Shown here piece after piece: positions 1-12,099 of a stretch of DNA of 64,000 bases (position 1 is the stretch's first letter; every line of letters starts with the position of its first letter). The notes beneath the pieces are model-generated. The model did not search any database and had not been told where the DNA came from. It worked only from the letters and a program-made list of their open reading frames with translations. The stretch comes from Octopus sinensis (Eukaryota). The translations under genes were made by a program, and so were the position numbers. The DNA lies in contig NC_042999.1 of assembly GCF_006345805.1 (NCBI RefSeq), positions 158,100,001 through 158,164,000 of the forward strand. The letters run 5' to 3'.

Positions 1-84
1 CAAGAGTGCGCGTCATTATTAATATCAAGAACAATCTTACTTAGAAATGGATGCGTGCGTTCCGTCATATAATATATTAATAAA

Positions 85-116
85 TAAAACACATGCATAC
101 ACACACACACACACAC

Positions 117-191
<75 letters not shown>

Positions 192-239
192 CGCATCTAT
201 ATAGTTGTATCTGTATACATATATGTACATATATATATA

Positions 240-271
<32 letters not shown>
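85..271. repeat. (CA)n/(TA)n compound microsatellite
   Basis: Direct reading; explains the IYIY/HTHT ORFs in the track. Confidence 0.95.
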
Positions 272-273
<2 letters not shown>

Positions 274-589
274 TACACATAGATCTGCACTCTTTAAAAC
301 TTGCACTATGAATAAGGACAAAGTAAAATTACTACCAGCTTTTATAGCAAGTTGATGCAAGTAGTTGATACCATCCCCCTCCGACTTTTAGTTCATGCAA
401 TTGAAAAATCCTCATTATTTATGGCCTGACCCAATATATATATTTGTGGGTGTGTTCGTGTGTGTATGCGCGCGCGTGTGTGTGTGTATGTATGGATATG
501 GTGAGTAGAAGACGACGTATGAACGCTCAGCATTTGCCAAACGACCTGCACAAATGATCTGTTTATTATAGTGATGAAAAGTTCGTGTC

Positions 590-784
590 GCATATTAGCT
601 CACTCCCTCCAAAATAATCAACTTTGCCTGAAGAGGTGCACAGTATACCAAGCGTCAGGTGTCAAAGTGATCGCAGGGGCAACGTGAGATGAAGTGTTTT
701 CTCAAGAACGCAACGCACGACCCAGTTTAGGAATTCGAACCACAATCGTTAGATTGTGAGTGCAACACCACGACCACTGAACCA
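590..784 (-). mobile_element. Degenerate tRNA-derived CORE-like SINE
   Basis: Minus strand has A-box-like TGGTTCAGTGG, B-box GGTTCGAATTCC and CORE-like CTTGAGAAAACACTT. Confidence 0.6.
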
Positions 785-825
785 TATATAAATATATGTG
801 TGTGTGTATGTGTGTACGTGTCTTT

Positions 826-1040
826 CTATTAGTACTAGGCGCCCACCACCGGCTGACAACCAGTGTTGGTTTGTTTCCGTCCTCGTAACTTAGCGGTTCG
901 GCATAAGGTGTGGACAGAATAGATACCAGGTTTAAAACAAAAATTAGTACAGGGGTCGATTTGTTCGACTAAATCCTTCAAGGTGGTACCCCATCATGGC
1001 CGCAGTCCAAAGACTGAATCAAGTAAGAGTTAAAAGATAA
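826..1040 (+). mobile_element. 3' module (module C) of the composite SINE, diverged variant
   Basis: GTAACTTAGCGGTTCGGCA...GGGGTCGATTTGTTCGACTAA...CATGGCCGCAGTC..GACTGAA matches module C of other copies. Confidence 0.75.
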
Positions 1041-1047
1041 GATGTAC

Positions 1048-1570
<523 letters not shown>

Positions 1571-1884
1571 ATATGTACATCAGAAGCTACATCAATAATA
1601 ATAGAACAAAACACAGTACCATATACAGCTGTCGACTTAGAACTTATGAAATAGTCGGGGTTATTAAGTTTAACTAGAATATATCGACTTATGCCTTCAA
1701 GCTGAATTTTTTTTTCTATTATGTATTGTAAAAGCTAACTTACATATGAACTTTAAAAACCATCATTTATTGTTTTCAAAGCCTGTTTCTTCTAATTTCG
1801 GTTTTCTTTCCCATCTGCCTTAACGAAGGATATGGTATATGGTATTCAGCTGAGAGCCAACCACTGTTTCAGTAAAATGTATGC

Positions 1885-1960
1885 AGAATATACATATATA
1901 TATGCATCTATATACCATCTATATACATATACATACATACATACATACATACATATACTC

Positions 1961-1998
<38 letters not shown>

Positions 1999-2001
1999 AT
2001 A

Positions 2002-2093
<92 letters not shown>

Positions 2094-2141
2094 GTTTAAA
2101 TATTTATTGGCTAAACTGGCAAAATGACCATTCCGAAATAT

Positions 2142-2192
<51 letters not shown>

Positions 2193-2400
2193 TACATATG
2201 TATATATATGTGTGTATATAGATGCACACACACACACATATATACACCAACGTAGAAATAATAACTACATAAACACACACATACACGCAAATACTCGCGC
2301 ATGCATACACACATACATATACATGCAAACATACATACATGCATGCATACATACATACAAATATGAGTGCGTGTTTGTGTGCGCATGCTTGCATGTGTGA
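1885..2400. repeat. (TA)n/(TACA)n compound microsatellite interrupted by a short repeat-arm fragment (about 2095-2150)
   Basis: Direct reading; 2095-2150 matches the arm of the 11761-12099 fold-back. Confidence 0.9.
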
Positions 2401-2643
2401 AAGAGAGAGAGGGGGAACGAGAGAGAGAAAGAGGGAAAGAGAGAAAGGGGAAAAGGGAGAGAGAATGTGTAAGAAGTTTTTTTTATATATAGGTAAAAGC
2501 AGCAGAACTTGACATGTTCAGCATATTGAAACAAGAAGGCAAAGAAAAAAAAAAAAAAACCAAGTTAATGTTGTATGAAGCAAATTTTATGAGAAAATTA
2601 TGCCAGCAGAAGTTTGCCAATAACAAGTACAGGTAAACTTATC

Positions 2644-2790
2644 GGTGCAGGTGTGGCTGCGCGATAAGAAACTTGCTTCCGAGCCATCAGTCCAACTGCG
2701 TGGAACCTTGGGCAAGTATCTTCTACAATACGCTCCAGCCAACCAAAGCCTTGTGAGTGGGTTTGACTGACGGAAACTGAAAAAAACCCC
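2644..2790 (+). mobile_element. SINE A head/CORE part only
   Basis: Matches family A up to GGAAACTGAAA; truncated where a Helitron-like 5' end starts. Confidence 0.8.
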
Positions 2791-2792
2791 CA

Positions 2793-2990
2793 TCTATATA
2801 TCTCTTATATAAAATCCGTTCTGTCTGTCTGTCTGTCTGTCTTCTAGGATCTCGGGCATCCTCCATCCGATTGCGCTCAAATTTGATATGTAGATACCGA
2901 TGGTATCAGGGCGTATATACTTCTTGAAAAATTACAAAAATCGATTCCTGGTGAGAATGCGATCAATAAAGCCGTTTTTGCCCTGCTTTT
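2793..2990 (+). mobile_element. Helitron-like 5' end (second family)
   Basis: A|TCTATATATCTCTTATATAAAA followed by (CTGT)n and CCGATTGCGCTCAAATTTG, typical of non-autonomous Helitron/DINE-1-like 5' ends; 3' end not found. Confidence 0.55.
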
Positions 2991-3419
2991 CTTCCGTCAA
3001 CCTGTACATAACTGCACCTTCCATTTTTTGTTATTTTTGTACTGCTTAAAGTCACGTTTGTTTCCTGCCAAGCTTACTGTTTAAACCATGTTTGTGTTCT
3101 CCCAGTCAACAGCCTTATCATTACCGGTACTTTAAACTCTTCGGTTGCATATCTGTGTGAATAAAATCTTTCTTCTTTGGAATAGAAAAAAATCTATCTT
3201 TATTTCTTCTTTTGCTGGTGTCTCAAATTTAGGTTAAATCAGTGTTTCTCAAAGGGGAGGCCTATTGGACGGTCGGACAAGCTGTTTTGAGAAAATTTGA
3301 CTTAAATGTTTGACAACTCAGCACCGTCCATTGGACGGGGGGGGGCGTTTTGCTCGTTTTTATATAATATATATATTATATATATATATATATATATATG
3401 AATGTGTGTGTGTATGTCT

Positions 3420-3590
3420 CATTTTGTCACTCCCTAGGACCGCTTGACAACCGGTGCTCGTGTGTCTACGTCCCCATAGCTTAGCGGCTCAGCAAAAGAG
3501 TCCGATAAAATAAGTACCAGGTTTAATAAGAAAAAATAAGCACTGGGGTCGATTCATTCGAATAAAATTTCTTCAAGATGGTGCCCCGGG
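3420..3590 (+). mobile_element. Module C variant (SINE 3' part)
   Basis: CGCTTGACAACCGGTGCT...TTAGCGGCTCAGCAAAAGAG..CCGATAAAATAAGTACC...CTGGGGTCGATT. Confidence 0.7.
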
Positions 3591-4113
3591 TCAAAATGGG
3601 TCATTGTGCTTTTTTTTTTTAAAGCTGGAGATAGTAAGATGTGATTTGTGGGAGATTTGGCTGTTGTTTCTTGCCGGTCAGATGTCTGCGTAAAGCCTTC
3701 CTGCTGAGACATCTTAATGCAAATTGTTGTCCTAGGCTCCAGTTACAACTTGGCTTCAGTGTACAACTATGAGCAAAGACATCTCGGCCGTGACCATCGT
3801 ACATTTTGTGAACTCAGTGCTACATTGTCGAATGCATCATTCCTTCTTTTAGATAGTAGAAGGTAATTTATGCTCAGATTTCATTGCTATTTCTTGCAAG
3901 TCGAGTGACTGTTTAGAGCCAACGAGGGAAGCTTTACTTGGTTACTCATTATGAACTCGGAGATTAGCGTCGGTTTCTCTTTAATCGTTAAACAGATGAA
4001 GAATAACTTGTCTAGCAAAAAAGGCGCAAATGATGCGAAAAAAACTTACTGCAAGATTGTCCTTAGCGCTAATAACTTCTTTTAAGAGCAAACGTGTGAG
4101 TGTGTGTGTATGT

Positions 4114-4137
4114 ATGAGAGAGAGAGAGAGAGAGTGG

Positions 4138-4222
<85 letters not shown>
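4114..4222. repeat. (AG)n microsatellite
   Basis: Direct reading. Confidence 0.95.
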
Positions 4223-4226
<4 letters not shown>

Positions 4227-4805
4227 AATAAGAAATAAATAAGAAAAATGTGAAAATAGTTTACGGTTGCAGGTATGATTTGTAGAAGTCATTTCGGTGA
4301 AATATTCGGATAGTTAAGAAGTTTTTATTAGATATTCTTAATGTGATGGACGGATATAAAGTAAACATGGCTTTGCACAGAAAACTTTTTTCCTTTTAAA
4401 TTAATGTATTAGTAGAGCGAGTGAGTAGATAAAAGAAAGAACAGGAAATAGCAACCAGTGATGCATTCTGATACCAAATTAAGCCCAAGATTGATTGTAA
4501 GTAATGATAACGTGTTTATGTTTGAGCAATAGCAACTATTTGGAAGGAAATTAGGAGAATAAATCGACCATGTATTCCATTATTGACAGTGGTGTCCAAC
4601 TTCGTTCATCTAAAGACATTTTAAATACACAAAATCATCACCATGATGGACTTCTTTACAACTGAGTGCAAAATTCCCTAGGTAATAGAATGAATAAGCA
4701 CTTTAATCCGGATAAAGTGCCAAAGATGATATGTTAGAAAGCATTTCCTCTTTCAATTTAAGAGTGGCTTACATTTCTCACAAGTCTTCGTGTCATTTCT
4801 TCAAA

Positions 4806-5199
4806 TCTTTATATATAAAAGTGAAGTTGTGTGTCTGTCTCCTACGATTTAGATTCCTAACTACTCCCACATTTTGCGGTGCAGTTTAACCAAAAGCGGG
4901 TATCTTATAGTCGTGGCTCATATCAATCCCTTCTGGATATTAGCGCGCGTCTACGATGAGTCTACGATTTAAAAAAATATTTACCATCATTTTTCCCATT
5001 TGTAATGCATTTTTTTGCAGTTATATAAGGGAAGTAACTCTCTAAAAATGTATTATTAAATCTCGGAACGTAAAAAGCTACAGTAACACCCCACTTTGTG
5101 GTTAGCCATATTGAGATGGCTATTATACTTTACATCTCTAAAAATGATTATATAGTTATTTCCCTTACAAGCCCGAGGAACGCCGGGCGATACTGCGAG
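4806..5199 (+). mobile_element. Non-autonomous Helitron (family D)
   Basis: A|TCTTTATATATAAAAG 5' end; subterminal hairpin CCCGAGGAACGCCGGG; 3' end CGAG|T (CTAG with one change); homologous to 3 other copies in the window. Confidence 0.85.
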
Positions 5200-5395
5200 T
5201 GAGAAATAAATTTCAGTCACTTAAGATATTCACTACATAACCAGCCTATCTCTATTAACCAAATTCATGTCATTTATTCATTTTAGTTAATTTCTAGTTA
5301 TTTTATCATTATTATTTGTATTAAGAAAACATGTCTTAAAAAGATTATTTCAGAAACCTTTTTGTAAAAATATTCTCATTGTTATTTATTTTTTA

Positions 5396-5694
5396 CTAGC
5401 AGTATCGCCCGGCGTTGCTCGGGTTTGTAAGGGAAATAACTATATAAGCATTTTTAGAGAGTTACTTCCCTTATATAATAGCAAAAAAATACATTAAAAA
5501 TGGGAAAAAAATTATGGTAAATTTTTTTTAAATCGCAGACTCATCGTCGACGCGCGTTAATACCCAGAAGGGCTCGATATGAATCACGGCTATAAGATAC
5601 CCGCTTTTGGTTAAACTGCACTGCAAAATGTGGGAGTAGTTAGGAATCTAAATCGTAGAAGACAGACACACAACTTCACTTTTATATATAAAGA
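5396..5694 (-). mobile_element. Non-autonomous Helitron (family D)
   Basis: TC...hairpin...CTAG inserted in an A|T dinucleotide, no TSD. Confidence 0.9.
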
Positions 5695-6761
5695 TTTACA
5701 ACATTTCGAGCAGTGTTGTGGCAGAAATTATAGAAAGCGTCCTTAAATGCAGTATTTAATGAAGACCTTTATTTTCCCAACTTTTCTGCATCGAAAATAT
5801 GACTGCCAACATTTTAGTAGCCAATTCATTCGTCTACGCTCCATCCATATTAACACATTTGTGAGCGCGAGCAGAAGTTAAAATAATGATTTTTTAAAGA
5901 AAATTATAATTATTATAATGACCTTGAACCAAGATAAGCAATCAATAATTAAAATTATTCTGTGTGCTAGATATGATCAAGATAGAATTAATACTTTTAA
6001 TCAGTGTTTTCAATCTGTTCAGTCTGCAACATCTGTGTAGTTATTACAATGACCTTGTAGTAGATTTTATTGTGTGTGTGTATCTCTGTGTGTGTGTGTG
6101 TGTGTGTGTGTATCTGTGTGTGTGTGTGTGTATTGTCGTTGTGTCAGCATGTTTGGCAGTGATTGTACATGTAGTAATGACGTGCGCTGTGAAGCCTCAA
6201 AGTTTCACGTGTAAACAAAATGCCGTGCGCGCATATCCAGCAGCGCTTTCATTTTTAATATTTTCCTTCTTGTTATGTGAATGTAATATGCGCAACCTGT
6301 GATGATGCGATATCTACTATTGTTGTCTTTTTTAGTTTGTTGCGGAGAATTTGCTTGGCATGGTGCCTGGTACATCAAATAGATTGTTTATACTCTCATA
6401 TCGATTTTTTTGCTGGCAAAATGTTGTTTATGTGAGTGCTTTTAGACTTTTGTGCATCATTTTAATTCATTTCTTTTCTTATTTATTTGTTAAGTGAATA
6501 TGTAGAGAGATTGAAGGTTTTAGTATGTTTTACTTCTTTCTGTGAAACATGCTTATATTTTTTATTATCATATCTAGTTATATCAGATGTCTTTTAGTGT
6601 ATCTAGCAAGAGACTAGGTTTGCTGGTGATACCTTTTTGTCAAAGATGAGGGACAATGCCCATGATTTCTGTCACGGTCCTGAAATTTTCCGAGCATGAA
6701 GCTCTTCCATGACTGACACAAACCGGACAATGTTTCATTAAAAGGGCATTGTCGGGTATTT

Positions 6762-7026
6762 GTTCCTTCTCGAGCCATGCCTTGCTCATAAGGGCCGATT
6801 TCCCGGTTTCTTGACGTATAGGTTTCCCACCTAGACGGGACGCCGGTCCGTCGCAGGTGAGCTGCAAGGTGCAGGAGGAAAGAGTGAGAGAAAGTTGTGG
6901 CGAAAGAGTCAGTAGAAGTTCGCCATTACCTTCTGCTGGAGCCGCGTGGAGCTTAGGTCTGAGATTCGAACCCGCGATCCCTCTACCGCGAGTCCGCTGC
7001 TCTAACCACTAGGCCATGTGCCTCCA
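6762..7026 (-). mobile_element. tRNA-derived SINE family F with V-domain-like 3' module
   Basis: Head GGAGGCACATGGCCTAGTGG...GGTTCGAATC; CCTGCGACGGACCGGCGTCCCGTCTAGG resembles the V-SINE domain; 15-bp TSD CATTGTCGGGTATTT (6747-6761, 7027-7041). Confidence 0.85.
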
Positions 7027-7067
7027 CATTGTCGGGTATTTCAATAACTAGAATTTATATATATATA

Positions 7068-7120
<53 letters not shown>

Positions 7121-7203
7121 TCATTTTAAATATTTATTTTTTAAGCATTTTACAAATACCTATTATGTAACTTGTACAAGCGTTTTCTAAATAATTATAT
7201 TAT

Positions 7204-7246
<43 letters not shown>

Positions 7247-7359
7247 GTGTGTGTGTGTGTGTGGTGTGTGTGTGTGTGTGTGTGTGTATGGCACTTACGA
7301 AGAATAATGCTGACATCTTATCTCTATCTTTATTCTTTTTATTTCTTTTTTTATATTTT

Positions 7360-7920
7360 GATTTTTGATTTTATTTTACACTCACGCTCATTCATTCTTT
7401 CCCGCACCTCTCCCGCTCCTGTCTTTGCTCCCTTGTTTCTCTCTTTCTCTTCCCTCTTCCATCCACTCACTCACAACCCACTTCTGTCTTCTTGATGTCT
7501 GTCTTTCTCACTCTGTATACCCACGTAGAGTATTTACATACTGGCTAACGCATCATTCAAAATGCTGCCTGAATTTACCTGGGATTATACCTAAGGGCCT
7601 GTACCTACACGGAAGTACGGACCAACCTCCATACCCTCTGAAAAAAACAATGAACGGTGAACTTTATTCTCCTGTCTGTATTCTTCTATCAACTTTTAGT
7701 CTTTATTCTAGTTTATTCCTTATAAACTGTGAATTTTCCTGTCTAGAACTTTTATACATACTCACCTTGTCTCTGATGATGGTTTACACTGTGTACGGAC
7801 ATGCTAGCCTATCACTTGGGATATCCCAGAAACAGCTGTAAGACTTCAAACTCGCCTTACCCAAATTAAATTTATAAATGTCTTGAGACACTCGTGGTGC
7901 CTTGGTTTTTGTTGCCCTTT
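7360..7920 (+). mobile_element. Penelope-like element terminal repeat (pLTR) remnant
   Basis: Pyrimidine-rich segment ending in a hammerhead motif, as described for Penelope pLTRs; boundaries approximate. Confidence 0.5.
7769..7844 (+). ncRNA. Type I minimal hammerhead ribozyme, canonical core
   Basis: GTCT-CTGATGA-TGG...CCA-GAA-ACAGCTGT-A-AGAC: stem I GTCT/AGAC, stem II TGG/CCA, palindromic stem III. Confidence 0.75.
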
Positions 7921-8534
7921 TCTCCTAATATATATATATATAGATGTATATATATTGAGAAAAAGAGAGAGAGAGAGAGAGAAAGAGGGAAAGAGAAAGA
8001 GAGAGATCTATACATATTGCTGGAGCTATACATGAGCTACTTCAAGTTTCTTGCTCGGATAGAGCAGTAACTGGACAGACTTCTATAATGTAAAGTACAC
8101 GAACCTGCAACCGTTCACGCTCAAATTACATAGGTATCCCATTTAAAATCCTAGGACAAAAGGGGAAAAGATGCAAAGAAAAGGAAAAAAATACGAGAAG
8201 AAAAAATGTTAATGGAAAAAGGGGGATAAGAGCTGACTCTCTTCAACCCGTAAGATGAAAAAGATCATTAACTTTGAATGTTTACGTGTAAAATAGCTTT
8301 GGTTATTTTACTTTCGATCTGCACTACTTAATCATGCGTGCGCGTGTATGTGTTGCTAGAGCACCGCCCTGTAGGTGTTTTTTTTATTCGAATAAATCAA
8401 TCCTGGGGCATATTTTTTAAGGTCAAGTGCTCATTCAATCGGTCACTTTGGCCGAACTGTTAAGTTACGGGTACATAAACATGCTAAACCAGTCACTAAT
8501 CTGTGATAGGGAACAAACACAGTTACAAACACGC

Positions 8535-8588
<54 letters not shown>

Positions 8589-8612
8589 GCGTGTGTGTGT
8601 ATACATATATAC

Positions 8613-8673
<61 letters not shown>

Positions 8674-8832
8674 TAAGAAAGTTGGTATGTGAAAGCACGT
8701 GGTTGAATATATAGAAAATAGTAAAAAGTGAAAAACTACAGAAGGCTTGTTTTAAAAGGTTAAAAAAAATATATTTGAGTCAATATGTCTGAAGAATGTT
8801 ATAAATTTTTTTCATACAATGACATAGTATAG

Positions 8833-8872
8833 AAGAAATGACCGGTTTCGCGTTCAGCTTTTCAAATTTCTT
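8833..8872 (-). ncRNA. Minimal hammerhead ribozyme with U3:A8 core
   Basis: AAGAAAT-TTGAAAA-GC TGAAC GC-GAA-ACCGGT-C-ATTTCTT; 7-bp stem I; ~80 nt downstream of the GIY-YIG stop codon. Confidence 0.65.
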
Positions 8873-8950
8873 AAATCGTTATGTTTACGTTGAGCGGTGA
8901 TCTAGATAATAAGCGATTTCTTCCGGTCTAAGGGAGATAATCGCTTAAAA

Positions 8951-9570
8951 TTATTTGCCTTTCTTTTGGATTGAGTTTCTCTGTATAAGTATGTTGGAAT
9001 GGTTAAGTTTGGGCTTGTATTTTTCAATGAAGAATGTTTCCTTGTTTAGTCTAATTTGTGTTGGTGTTCCGATAGCACATTGGTAGAATGGAAAGATTAG
9101 AAATTGTGGTAGTAGTTGCTTTGCGCATTTCTCAATGTGCACACTAAAGGGTATCATTCTGTATTCTGGGAATGCAATCTGTTGTCGATGCAGAGTGCAT
9201 CTACGTCTGAGTGATAGTCCCGTGGATCCCACGTAGTCTTGGTGGCAGCCCGAGCATTTTATGACAAATTATGTTTTCAGAGGCACAAGTAAAATTAGAT
9301 TTGATCTTGAATTTCTGTCCCTCTTTGAAGAGGAATTCTGATCCTTCTAGCAGGTTTGGACATGTTGCACAGTTCGGTCTACCACATTTTTTTACTTTTG
9401 CATCCGTAATTTCAGAAAACAATTTTGCCTTTGTGAGAATCTTTTAAAGTGATTTAGGTTGTTTGTAGCTTTTAATGATTTGGTGTATGTTTAGAATTTC
9501 CTTTAATTTGGGGTCCTTATGAAGTATTGGTAAATTCTGGGTGATGATGGTGAAGGCTTCTTTGTTTCTG
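8951..9570 (-). mobile_element. Penelope-like element fragment: linker + GIY-YIG endonuclease (frameshifted)
   Basis: SYKQPKSL*KILTKAK linker, CGRPNCATC, NFTCASENII, (YV)GSTGLSLRRRCTLHRQQI...KETFFIEKYKPKLN*. Confidence 0.85.
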
Positions 9571-9602
9571 GGGTACCATATTTCGTTTAATACTATGAAG
9601 CA

Positions 9603-9919
9603 TTTTAAGTTATCTCTACAGATATTGATATTCTATTGAGTCTAGAGCCACCACTGTAAGTTACGATGTTTCGTATACGAATACGTCTACATAAACAAGG
9701 CGTTCGAAGATAGAAAAATAGGCAATGGGTGTGTATGCATACTTCAGGAGTTATGCTCCTTCTTCAGAATCACAAGCAACCCATTAATCATTCATGAATG
9801 CATTGCTTAATTAGCCACTAAGTTTAATGGTGTAGCAATGCTGGATTAATCAATTTACATAGTAAACGCATTCCTGGCAACTAGTACCTTTAAGTTATCT
9901 GTAGAGATGGCTTAAAAGT
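9603..9919. mobile_element. Small inverted-repeat element with an internal hammerhead-like motif
   Basis: Ends TTTTAAGTTATCTCTACAGAT / ATCTGTAGAGATGGCTTAAAA (~21-nt imperfect inverted repeat); HHR-like motif at 9724-9785 on the minus strand. Confidence 0.45.
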
Positions 9920-9977
9920 GATACATACATACACATATACATACGTGCATACGTACGTAGGTTATATATATATATAA

Positions 9978-10030
9978 GGCGGTAAGCTGGCAGAGTCGTT
10001 AGCACGCCGGGCGAAATGCCTAGCAATATT
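9978..10030 (+). mobile_element. SINE B head fragment
   Basis: GGCGGTAAGCTGGCAGAGTCGTTAGCACGCCGGGCGAAATGC. Confidence 0.7.
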
Positions 10031-10042
10031 TCGTTTAATAAA

Positions 10043-10323
10043 GTGGAGGCGCAATGGCCTAGTGGTTAGGGCAGGATCGCGGTTTCGATTCCCAGACCGG
10101 GCGTTGTGAGTATTTATTGAGCGAAAACACCTAAAAGCTCCACGAGACTCCGGCAGGGGGTGGTGATCCCTGCTGTACTCTATCACCATTCTTTCTTCTG
10201 TTGGCCTGCTCGCTTAGCCAGCGGGGTGGCGTCATTTGAAGGCTAAAACAATGCGAAGCGCATTGTGACCAGCGATGTGTAACAACATACGACAGCCTGG
10301 CCAGTCATGGTGATCACGGTGAT
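10043..10323 (+). mobile_element. SINE family F with an alternative 3' module
   Basis: GTGGAGGCGCAATGGCCTAGTGG...GTTTCGATTCC head; 3' part differs from the 6762 and 36257 copies; ends in (CACGGTGAT)-like repeats. Confidence 0.8.
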
Positions 10324-10349
10324 ATATATATATATTCAACTTATGTAGC

Positions 10350-10900
10350 AGTCCGTTGAGTCCATGAAGACTTTACCTCTTTCTCTTCTCAAATTTTGAC
10401 CGAGTCTTTAGTGCGTATGGAGATGCGAATCAAGAACAATATGAGAGAACACAGCTTCGATGGCAAGTTGGATACAGATGAGGGCATCGACTTTCGATGA
10501 TTGAATTTCGGCAATAGTGATGGGTTGCCCTTCCTTTGGTTTTTGCTCTTTCCAGAGAAGTTACATAAAGCTGAAGTTTCGACACACTCGTGTTCTTGCC
10601 GATACAGGAGGTGCTGCACAGATTGTAGGGCGTGTAAGTTGATGATGAATCCGAAACACTGTACGTCTCATCACTTGTGAAAAAGATATCATGAGCGTCA
10701 CGGAAATGCACATTCATATAATACAGTAGATAGCAGTTATGTCACCATAAGTGCTTCAAAGTTGTTTTTCACTCCGCAGGTATCTTAAATATCGTGTTGG
10801 TAATGATGAGGCTATTTGAATTTAGACTGATGCCGTGGACTCTAATTATTCAGGTGGCGACGGTCGAATTCTTGTCCACGGCAGCATTAACGTCACCCCA
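10350..10900 (-). mobile_element. Highly decayed RTE-clade endonuclease fragment
   Basis: Minus frames give VHGISLNSN..LIITNTIFKIP..KTTLKH..RDAHDI..VMR, collinear with RTE APE motifs (LVITNTxF, KTTWMHP, RDxxDV, VMRGAECWTDH). Confidence 0.5.
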
Positions 10901-11043
10901 AAAGAACTACAATTAACAGGTGAAGATGTATTTCGAGCCATTTGATCCAAAATAGCATAAAATTTGTAATTCGTTTCTTCTTAGAAATCCAGAGTATACG
11001 CTCTTCGACTGGTGCACTGACATAACGCAACCGTCTTATATAT

Positions 11044-11275
11044 ATTTCTTTATTGCCCGCAAGGGGCTAAACATAGAGAGTACAAACAAGGACAGACAAA
11101 GGGATTAAGTCGATTACATCGACCCCAGTGCGAAACTGGTACTTTTATTTATCGACCCCGAAAGGATGAAAGGCAAAGTCGACCTCGGCGGAATTTGAAC
11201 TCAGAACGTAACGACAGACGAAATACCGCTAAGCATTCCGCCCGGCGCGCTAACGTGTCTGCCAGCTCGCCGTCT
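11044..11275 (-). mobile_element. SINE family B, full length (tRNA head + Meta-like domain)
   Basis: Head GGCGAGCTGGCAGA, B box GAGTTCAAATTCC, GTCGACTTTGCCTTTCATCCTTTCGGGGTCGATAAA..GTACCAG (recalled as Meta-SINE-like), tail AAAGAAAT. Confidence 0.88.
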
Positions 11276-11619
11276 TATATAGCGACAGGACATTCCCCAA
11301 TTCGGTACACACACAAACACATACGCACATAAACATCCACACCCACACACCGCACGCACGTACACATACACACCCATACGTACAAGCATACATATCACAT
11401 ACACACACACATATTGTTCTAATTTAGGCCAGTTTTGAGGATAGGAGCTCAGTCGAGTCCTGCAAGATTGGTGTTTTATATGTACTTTATTTTTATCGAC
11501 TTACGTGAAAGGAAAGGCAAAGTCGATCGGGGCGAGATTTGCTCTTAGAATATAAAGAGAAAGAAAATAATACCACCCTTTGTACACGGCTCAGACGTTT
11601 CTGCTATTATATACATACA

Positions 11620-11706
<87 letters not shown>

Positions 11707-11760
11707 CGTTTAAATATTTGTTGTACAAGATTTTTTATGTGAAGTCGTGTGTTGAAACAG

Positions 11761-12099
11761 ATATCGTTATATTTCGGAATGGTCATTTTGCCAGTTTAGC
11801 CAATAAAAACACACGCACTATATATTTGGTGTTATTTTGCTTCATTGTTATTTATTTTTTACATTAATCTTAATAATACAAAATGGCTGACGGTTAGTAA
11901 GGAGAGACACAAATAAGAAAGAAGAAAACAAAGGACCACTGATGCGGTCACAGGAGTGTGACGAAAGAACTCTGGCCGAAATAAGATTAAGATTAATGTA
12001 AAAAATAAATAACAATGAAGCAAAATAACACCAAATATATAGTGCGTGTGTTTTTATTGGCTAAACTGGCAAAATGACCATTCCGAAATATAACAATAT
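11761..12099. mobile_element. Fold-back element: 114-nt inverted arms with a hammerhead-like motif in the spacer
   Basis: Arms 11761-11874 and 11986-12099 nearly identical; spacer has CCA-CTGATGC-G-GTCAC AGGAGT GTGAC-GAA-AGAACT-C-TGG (11936-11975). Confidence 0.85.

Noticed and set aside
622-662. CTGAAGA + GGT...ACC hairpin as a hammerhead
   Set aside because: No GAAA after stem II, no stem I complement, and it lies within a SINE body.
4445-4495. AG...GTAAGT bounded segment as an exon
   Set aside because: The acceptor is purine-rich with no polypyrimidine tract, and no recognisable peptide.
7365-7841. 158-aa ORF
   Set aside because: Starts in a pyrimidine-rich repeat, has no domain motif, and overlaps the non-coding pLTR/hammerhead region.
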